Positions 55,222-64,000 of a stretch of 64,000 nt of DNA are shown here, in pieces. The notes beneath the pieces were generated by a model, which was given only the letters and a program-made list of their open reading frames with translations, ran no database searches and was not told the DNA's origin. This DNA is from Adineta vaga. Taxonomy: Eukaryota > Animalia > Rotifera. Position 1 is the stretch's first letter. Every line of letters begins with the position of its first letter. The stretch covers positions 9,796,001 to 9,860,000 of the forward strand of contig CP075492.1 of NCBI GenBank assembly GCA_021613535.1, in the 5' to 3' direction. Both the position numbers and the translations under genes were made by a program.

Positions 55222-56999
55222 ACATTATCTTTTTTTTATTCATGGCTGAAAAGAGCTACATTTGCTATTTGGCGGAGTTCCCTCTTCGGAAAGAAAAGGT
55301 TATACGGAGCATAAGAATGCTTAAAATTTATTGGTTTATACAAACTAAGCTGATATTTGCCTAGACAGGTTTGTGTTTTATTGTATTGAGTAAACAATGT
55401 AAAGGAAAGACAAAACTGTATAGTGCAACAGGATAAAAAAAACATGCATGAGAGATATGCAACGAGACACAGGTTTTATCATCGGATCAATGCAATTGTA
55501 CGGTTCGTTGATTCTCATAAAAAAACATTGTTTGGGAAAAAAACAAATTTATTGTGTATATGGATAGGAAGTAGTCGACCTCATACAAACACAAAAACAA
55601 CTTCAATACATTCCAGTATTAATTTCCATCATAAGTATACTTAACTATTTATGTATCCACGTAAGGCGGCACTTTTGACATATACGTAGATATTTGTTTT
55701 AGAATGCGAAATAAATGTTTATGGGACACTATACAGTAAATTTGAAAGCGTAAGAAATTGTTTACACTAAGGAATAGTTTGAATTTTGTATTGTACCATG
55801 CGTTTTGTCTCTTTTTGAAACTATCTTTGCAGCTTGATGTCAGACTTCGAACTCGTCTACAAAATATGAGTCAGGCAACGTTAAACTTTAAGTTTTAAAA
55901 TAGTCCGATCTCATCGTTATTTCATTAATAATACATATAAAAATTTTATTTGAGATTATGTGACAAACTGTATTCGTGTTGTACACGTTGCTACATTTTG
56001 TTTCAGATTTCCACTAGAAATACTGGTTGACGTCGCAGTGTGTGAGATTTCGTTTAAATTACTTCCAGCGCTATCTACAAGTTTACTATGCTGCTAAAAT
56101 ACTTAGTGTCTGTCCATTTATTTTATCAGTCTGTATTGATTTTGAAAAAAACGTACGATCTCAGGCTGAATTTTCTTTATTTCACAAAAGAATCTCGCCT
56201 GAGTTATATTTGAATAACGAAGTAAATTTGGAATATCAATACGTTTCTAAAAGATAGCCTGTGGATCAATCTTACGATTTCTTATTTTATTGATGCATCA
56301 GACATGTTATATCTCAACATGGATTGCATTTCCTTTGTTTTACTATAAAAATGATTTTATTGTATCAACAGTGTGTCACATATATTTGTAGATTGAGTAG
56401 TAATTTGATTAAAACTAACATTTCGTGAGAAACATATATCGATAGTAAGTATATGATAGTCACTAGACGATCTATTTTTTCTCTGGAGCTAAGAATACAC
56501 TGCATTAGGTATTTTGCATCTTTCTTATTTAACCGATTGAAACAGAGTAGGAAAAAAGAGCAGATACAAATATTAATAATAGAATCATAGATAAGGAATA
56601 TTTTATTTTGAAATTGTCAATGTTTTTTAACATGATGCAAATCTTGAATAGTTGTTATTTCATATTGATTTTGCAATTTTCATGGTATTCACTATTCACG
56701 CGGTGAAAGAATTATCAATTTGAATGAACTGTTTTTTTTTCATCTGCTTGCTATAGACATTCTACAATAAGAAATATGAAAGTATGAAGAGAAATAAATA
56801 TTTTCTTTATTTTCGTTTTGTTTAGATATCTGTAAGTATACACTAATTTCGAATACAAAGTGTTTGCCATTTTTTACAGATACGAGCCACCATAGAGATA
56901 TATTTGTGATCAAATAGGACATATCGGTTGCCTGTTAAACTGTATATATATACCAAGTTTTTGTGGAGATAGATAAAATACTGCATTGTACATTGCGTA

Positions 57000-57388
57000 A
57001 TTCTTTATGAGATGACGTAGCGAGGAAGAAACTGATTTTTCAGCTGGACACTACTGTTCGATGTGCCAGACATCGAAAATGATCAGTATAAGATCTTGCG
57101 TGCAAATTTGATTATAATATTGATAAATTTCATCGATATTGAATCGCCAACATTTATATACAAACCTAAAAGTGGAAGCCGATTAATCTATATATTATAG
57201 ACTTGCATTATTGTTTAAAAGAACGCGAAATCATACAAGAAAATATCTTTACTTCCGGACAAGAAATTTGTTTGCAACGTTTAAAACCAAAAAAGCATTT
57301 AACATTTAAATTTGATCACAGTCTAGATTATGAATCTTGGTACGACATTCAAATTATTGGACAGTCGATTATAAACAAAGCAAAATGA
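57000..57388 (+). pseudogene. Possible decayed coding fragment
   Basis: Protein-like stretches (WTLLFDVPDIENDQYKIL; LHYCLKEREIIQEN...FDHSLDYESWYDIQI) broken by stops. Confidence 0.25.
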
Positions 57389-58731
57389 ATCGAATGTTTT
57401 GCGATATTTAGTAAAAGGTATCTATCTTAGTTATGACAAAACTATTTGACTTGTAAGAGGCGGCATAAAAGAAGGAATTTCAAAAACTATTAAAGTAGTA
57501 AACTAATTTAAGCAATCATAGTGTTAATATGGTTTTCAAGTTTTGATGTCTACTCAGGAAACAGCAATTAAATAAAATCAAACAAAACGATTCTCTTATT
57601 ACAATCATTTTGCTCTTATTTTAATTGCAAAAGTTCGTAACTTTTATTCATTTCTCAATGAAGATTAGTGATGAAACGAGTATGTCGTGAGAAAAATATA
57701 TTATTTATGTTCTCTTCATGTTGATTGCTTATTGAAAATAACATAATTGAGAGTTTTCGATCAACTATATGTTCAATATCGATTCTACTTTTGAAGATGT
57801 ATGAATGCAATACTTTCGTCCATCTACCCGCCCACTGTAATTTTTCAAATCATCCTTATCAAAATGAGTGATTCGTCTATAACATTTTCTTCTCATTTCA
57901 TCATATTCACACATCGATGAAGCATACTTAGAGCGTGTCATTGAATGTTTCTAATTCTTTTCCAAATTATCTCAATAGGAAACTGTTTCTTAACCATGCA
58001 AAGTATTCACTCTCGCCTACTGTCTCTCACTTTTTTTCGAGATAAAATCATATCGATGTCGTAGGTGTAATATGCACATCGCAGCCGATTGATCAGATAC
58101 ACAGAAAAAAATATCATACCCACAAAATCACCTATACTTTTCGATACATCAGTTAAGATCAAACGATATTATATCCTCAATGTATTGTTTAGACCATCAT
58201 AGTCATTGAAAAACTTACGGAAATCTGATATATATATATATATGTTTACATATTTACTTTTCAGGGTAACACTTACCAAACGTTATTTTAATTTCTTTTT
58301 TTTTGAAGGTTCTTAACTCATTCGTTTTCAGGTGAATAAATATCTAAGAACGGATTAACATGACATTTCATTATATTTGATTGTAACTTTCCTTTCTCGG
58401 AATAAGAAACCATTCGCATGCATATTTATTGAATAATAACAATCAATCATCGTGTCAGTCTACCGGCCTTCCTCTGATTTGCATAGTATTCAACATGTAT
58501 ATGACGCACTAATTAAAGAGAAAATCCCACACAGGTGTGTTTCAATCATAATATTTAACTAAAAAAAATCATGACTCAATAAGAATGTTTTATATAAATG
58601 ATGGGTTTCTTCGACAAATGACTATATTTTTCGAGTGTACTATTCACCAAAATCAAATATTGCTGTAAGTAGATGGACAAATGTAGTTCGTATTATTTCT
58701 TATATTTGTTTTGTGTATTTTAGAATTTCAT

Positions 58732-59040
58732 ATGCGTATAATACTTTTCGCCTTACTTTTATTTACTGAAATGGTGTTATCTCGACCTCTGATGCAAAGA
58801 ATTGTCATTGATAATCATGAATGGGAAGTGCCTAATGAACCAGGATGGGAAGAAGTCATCGAAGAAGCAAATGCTGCACGAGAACGAATCTTTCGATCTT
58901 GCACGACATTTGCAGAATGTCGTCAAGCTGTCGATGAACTCTATACTATTTTCGAACACCATCCAGTATCAAAGAAGTATCTTGAAACTCACAAAGATGA
59001 AGTCAATGATATACTTTCATCCATATTCAAATGGGGTTAA
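58732..59040 (+). CDS. Small secreted protein, paralog B (C-terminal SSIFKWG)
   Basis: Signal MRIILFALLLFTEMVLS; shares NHEWEVxNEPGWEEVIExAN, CxTxAEC and SSIFKWG with paralog A; 5'UTR intron at the homologous position. Confidence 0.8.
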   Translation: MRIILFALLLFTEMVLSRPLMQRIVIDNHEWEVPNEPGWEEVIEEANAARERIFRSCTTFAECRQAVDELYTIFEHHPVSKKYLETHKDEVNDILSSIFKWG

Positions 59041-59501
59041 ACGCATTTAACCTCTAGGATATTTCTTAGGTCAAATATTATTTTGTTATTGGTTCTAAAG
59101 ATCGTATGAAGTTTTTTGGACCATTATCTTCAGTCATAGTTGATCTGATGTTTTGTTTTTATGTTTTTGTTTGAATTTATGCGAGTTTACAGTGAGAAAA
59201 TATTCGAATCAGATATGAATATGTCGGCACGTTCCTCAAATACGAAAGCTTAGATATATTATTTAATAATAAATAAGTCATACGTACACATTTTTGGAAA
59301 ACATGATATGTCTCTTACTGTAAGAAAAAAACAGGAAAATAATATTTTCCTTTAATAAATTATATGATATACTATTACATTGAACGTTCGTGATCATACT
59401 GTGAAAACTGATTCCTACGCAATCCAACGTGTTACTCTACAATAACGGTGGTAAATAAAGTATCTTTATTACGTTTGTTGAAGAGAGAAAAAAAATATGG
59501 C

Positions 59502-59619
59502 GACGAGTGTCGATTTGATCCCAGCCCATGGTAGCTAGGTTCACCTTGCGGTGATTAACTAACCGAATAGTAGTGCTTCAGTCTCAATACATTGATTTGA
59601 ACCGGGATCGCGGCTCATC
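59502..59619 (-). ncRNA. Putative structured Pol III small RNA, variant L (copy 2)
   Basis: As 54870-54987; its single difference converts a C-G pair to U-G and keeps pairing. Confidence 0.55.
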
Positions 59620-59735
59620 GAGCTCTTTCTATTCTTTTGTGCTATATAAACTGTGTTGCAGTTGATGTTGTGCAAGAATATTGCACAAGATGAAAATAAA
59701 ACAAGACAAAAGGAAAGATAGAAGTGAATGTCATC

Positions 59736-59853
59736 GATGAGCCGCGATCTCGATTCAAATCAATGTATTGAGACTGAAGCACTACTATTCGGTTAGTCAA
59801 TCACCGCAAGGTGAATTTGGCTGCCATGGATCGGGATCAAATCGACACTCGTC
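59736..59853 (+). ncRNA. Putative structured Pol III small RNA, variant R (copy 2)
   Basis: Identical to 55104-55221 and followed by a T-run. Confidence 0.55.
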
Positions 59854-59948
59854 ACATTTCCTTTTTTATTTATAATTGAGAAGAAATTAGATTTCAGTTT
59901 ATGTAAAAATAAAAATTTTATCGTTTTTCTCGTACATTTTTGTTTGTG

Positions 59949-60912
59949 TCATGACATAAAAGATACATTGCTTGTATATTGATTTGGAATATTACCAGGA
60001 GGATCAAATACAACTACACCATACGACCAATTTCCATCTGTAGATTGAGCTCGACCAACACCAATTTCTCTTGTTGCTCTCCAAACTAATTGTGTAAAGT
60101 TTTCATTATCTCGACATCCATTAGAACCAAACTGATATGTTCGTCCTTCTTTCAACCATTTTCTCACCATTTTACTCGCTGAATAAAAAACTGTTCAACG
60201 CATATGTTTTATATAAAAACAAATCTCACCTGTTAATTCAGTTTGAAATACAGCTGCATAGTTTTCTCCAAGTGTCTGCCGACCAAAATTACGCATCTCA
60301 GCTGGACTATGCTCTAATTTACCAGTTTGTGCCATATGATTAGCCCATCGTTGTGCAATAATCGACAATTGGTCATTTAATGATACGGCTGATGCGTCAT
60401 ATCTACTACGAGCTTTATTAACTTCATTTAGAGTGGCACTTGCAAAATCATCACTATCCTCTGTTGAATTCGAACAATCTAAATTTCAAGATTTATAATT
60501 TATTTCAATCAAGAAAAGATTCATACCAGATCGTGCAGAAAAACCACGAGGTGTTGACTTGTTTTGTATATTATCTTCAAATTTATCGTTAATTGTGCGA
60601 ATTTCTGAAGGACTAAATGGTCGATGCGTACCAGCTGATGACTTCTGATAATTCGTTGTTTTTCTCTTTTGAAATTTTTTCAGAAAAAATACCGCAACAC
60701 CTATTCAATTCAAATTATTCTTTTTTTTCAATTTAGAATTATCTTCATTACCAATATCAATTCCAATAAAAAGTAATCCTCCTAAAGAATTTGCTAACCT
60801 AATAATCACGATTCAAAATAATTAAATATAATTTTTCATTAATCATTAATACTTACCACATATACCAATAGGATTGAAAACAAAGACTCATTTGTTCGAC
60901 TGTTAGACCCAT
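59949..60912 (-). CDS. CAP/SCP-domain protein (GLIPR2/GAPR-1-like)
   Basis: LNEVNKARSRY, AQRWANH, GENY, NFTQLVWRATREIGVG, VVVFDPPGN; several short introns. Confidence 0.8.
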
Positions 60913-62548
60913 AGTTGTAATTTTATACGAAAACTTCTACACGAAAAATGTTTTTATTACACTATATAAAATTGTCCAAAATGTATTTCTTTTTCGTTGT
61001 AAAAAAAAATAACGAAAATCTCTTTATTTGAAAGTAAATGCAATATGTACAACATAAATTGGCATTTATGTTAGTTTGTTTTTCATATTTACTGATCACG
61101 ATGAATTATCATAAGTCTTCCTTATAACTCAATGCATTAAGAAAGTTAACATTGTTATGCTGTTTTTATATGATTTTATTTCTTTTTCCATTGTTCAATT
61201 ATGAAAGTATCAATTGCACGAAATTTATTTATATGATTGAAAATGATGCTTGAGTGAATGAGAATTTTCCATGGATAAGAACAGATTCTTCTTAATTTTA
61301 ATTGTATTTTGTTGATAACTATCTAATGCAAAATTTGTATGAAATTATTCGATTGTATTCGAACATCAATCGAATGACATTGAAGGGCGTTTTGTTTACT
61401 GTTAAAAATTATATGTGGCTTCTGAATTCTACTGTTTTAGTTCTATTAGGACTAATTTGTGACTTCTTTGTGTTTCATATGAAATTTTTCATTTCAATAT
61501 GAACAGTTTAGGAAGAACTGATTTATTAAAAAGACATTAAATCGTGCTGTTCGGCTTTTATAATAGTAATACACTCTGCACTGATTAGAAATATGTAGTA
61601 TGAATGTATTTTGACTGAAAAGAGATAACATCTGTAGATTTATATGCCCCATTAATTAAAATCGATCTTGCCTTGTTTGTGTATATTCCCTATCAACGAC
61701 TATAAATCATACCTCGAATGCTGATGAAAACAAACTAGTTTCTCTCATATTTAAGTTACAGAAAGATGTCGAAAATCGAGAATTCACGAAATGGAAAATT
61801 TTCTCTTCGAATCTATCGATATTTGCATTACATTCAACGGTTTACTCTATCAATAAATCGACCTATGCCAAGGTTGTTTAACGAATCATTGTATTCATAT
61901 TTCAAAATATCCCAGACAGATCACATTCGACATTAATCAAATATCAACCAATACTATCTTATCGAGCAGGTCTAATCATAATATATCATCGAAAAGATGA
62001 TTTCTTTTCACAAAAACCTATTGAATTTTAGGTAATAGCCATGTTTATTGATCTACTGTAAGAGGTATATTTACGATTGCTGTCAATGCAAATTTGATTT
62101 TTCATCAATATAATTGTATATGTGGTTTACGATTGGATACTATAGACAGAAAAACAAGAAACGCAAAAGACGCCATTTGAAACCCTTTTTTTCCTCTTTT
62201 TACGTTTACCTAAGGCAGAGCAAAAATAGGTTTTTATCTATACAGCGTATAGGGTTTATGGTTCTTTATGTTATGTTTATTTAATCATCAATAAAAACGT
62301 TTTCATTGAAAACCAAATTCGATCATTTAGGTAAAACCTATAATAATAGTTTACGAAATGAAAGATAAAAACATCATAGGTATAAAAATATATTTAATGA
62401 TGCGTCTAGCATACGAAAAAAAATAAAAAATTTTTGTTTTGAAACAGTAACAATTTTGACAAAAAAACTACAGAATACGGGCCCGCCCATTTAGTATAAA
62501 ATACATCTGTAAGATTCAATGTAAAAATATACAAAACAGAGGTTTAAG

Positions 62549-63364
62549 TCAATTAATAGACTGGCCACCAAGTGACACCGAAGCCAGATTTAGGTCCAAA
62601 TCGAAATGTGAAACGGCCAGCATTGGGTTGCATTATTCCACTACCATAATAGTAACGTAGTGCCCTTGCTACTTTATCATAAGTCATTTCTAAAGACGAA
62701 AAAGAGAACAAAAATAAAATATTGAAATTCATTTTTTGAAATCTATGAACTTACCATTATCAGTGTTTCGTCCTTTGGCTTGTTTCCATAGTTCAGCAAT
62801 CTCATTTGGTTTATTTAATTTGAAAATACCTTGTTTACGATCAACAAATTGAATGACATGTTCATATTCTTCATCTTCTAATAATAATCGAAGAAATTCA
62901 TGTAAATATGGACGACGATCTTTGCCTGTTGCATGATCATGAATGAGAAAACCTTTCGTACATTTACGATTGAAATAATTTGGTGAATTAGGTGGTGAGC
63001 TGTGATATTGTGGAGTGTGATACATTTCTGTTGTTGACGTTGATACAGATAGATTTGGAATGTGTGGTATGACACTTGAGCTCTCGAGGAGATATGTTCC
63101 GATATCATTATCATCGTGATATGTGCTATCCATTGAAAATTCACTATCATCTTGAAATGCTTCTGCAGCTTTTCTATCATCAGATAATGGATCGAATAAG
63201 TCTGGATTCTGTCGATGACCTGATGAGAATTCAGTCATATCGAAATCGGGTGAATTCAATAGAGCATCAGAACATCTGTATCTCAGATCATCATCTGTTA
63301 GCGTTGCTGGAAGATAGTCATCGAATACATGTGCTGGTGGAGAAAAATCTTCAGATCGAAACAT
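62549..63364 (-). CDS. ETS-domain transcription factor (ELF/ESE-like)
   Basis: YLHEFLRLLL, KQGIFKL, IAELWKQAKG; after an intron, MTYDKVARALRYYY...RFTFRFG. Confidence 0.9.
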
Positions 63365-64000
63365 TGTGGTGCGTGTAAAGAGTGGTTCGAAAGTTCGTTT
63401 TCAATATGTTCCTTATTTCATTCTTTATATAGGAGGAGGTGCATGTCTATGATTTTTTCGTTCTTTTTCGGTGAAAAAGCAAAAAAAAAGAATAAACCAA
63501 GCATGCACATGCGTCATATGATTTTCAATCTTTTTCTATTCGTCTGCTATCATAAGATTGTTTTGGAGATATGTAGCTAGGTCACACATGATTGAAAACT
63601 GGATTCTTTTCGTATTCACTTAGGAAAATGAGTAAGAAAGTTGGGAAAATTTTCATCGATTGCATGAGCACTTCAGTTGTAATTACAATATTTCAACAGA
63701 AAGAAACCAACATTTTTCGTTTTCATATTGAGAAAATGTCAGCAACGTCATCGTTGGGCTGAACTCAAATACTAGTCTTATTATCAAATAGATCACATTA
63801 CAGTGATGGTTTTTTTTTCAATTTAGCTCTACGATGAGTCATTAAAACGATCATTTCATAGCTGAGATGAGGTAGTCCATTATGTTTATTTTGTAATATT
63901 TTGCAATTCGGCTATTCAGTATTAAAAAAATGTTTTTTCGTCCTATGACAATATAATCATAGAATAGCAAAATCATGTACAGATTTTAAATGTCACACTA

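Larger units (their letters stand above)
54853..55240. repeat. Palindromic unit, copy 1: two 118-bp inverted arms around a 116-bp spacer
   Basis: Arms 54870-54987 and 55104-55221 are reverse complements with 11 differences; near-identical copy 4632 bp downstream. Confidence 0.95.
59485..59870. repeat. Palindromic unit, copy 2
   Basis: Arms 59502-59619 and 59736-59853; two substitutions relative to copy 1 across the arms and spacer. Confidence 0.95.

Noticed and set aside
54853-59870. CRISPR array
   Set aside because: Only two long palindromic units, no repeat-spacer periodicity, eukaryotic context
62140-62500. Possible transposon end (GGGCCCGCCCATTTAGTA with short TAGGTTTT/AAAACCTA repeats)
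   Set aside because: No matching second terminus or target-site duplication found

Overview
AT-rich, gene-dense eukaryotic DNA with short (~50-70 nt) GT-AG introns. The gene content (intronless class A GPCR, F-box/LRR gene, bacterial-type enzymes among metazoan housekeeping genes) suggests a bdelloid rotifer; this is an inference. About 22 coding loci are supported: an ankyrin protein, a class A GPCR, an opsin, a latrophilin-like adhesion GPCR, PKG, an SOS1/SLC9C-type Na+/H+ exchanger, TTBK, PIGF, a calmodulin-like protein, VPS35, RPL11, SYS1, a LOG-family enzyme, MOB4, PEPCK, TRAM, a Gfo/Idh/MocA oxidoreductase, two secreted FKWG-ending paralogs, a CAP protein and an ETS factor. There are also pseudogenes, an intronic tRNA-Thr(AGT) and a piggyBac MITE. 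The most striking unexplained feature is a ~385-bp unit present twice (54853-55240, 59485-59870). Each copy holds two divergent 118-nt arms that fold into a four-way-junction RNA with compensatory base changes, end in oligo-T, and flank a central dyad, suggesting a head-to-head Pol III ncRNA pair I cannot assign to a known family. Other highlights are a possible tandem-GAIN adhesion GPCR, an operon-like VPS35-RPL11-SYS1-LOG-MOB4 run, and a scrambled 43.3-44.75 kb segment that is probably an assembly artefact.
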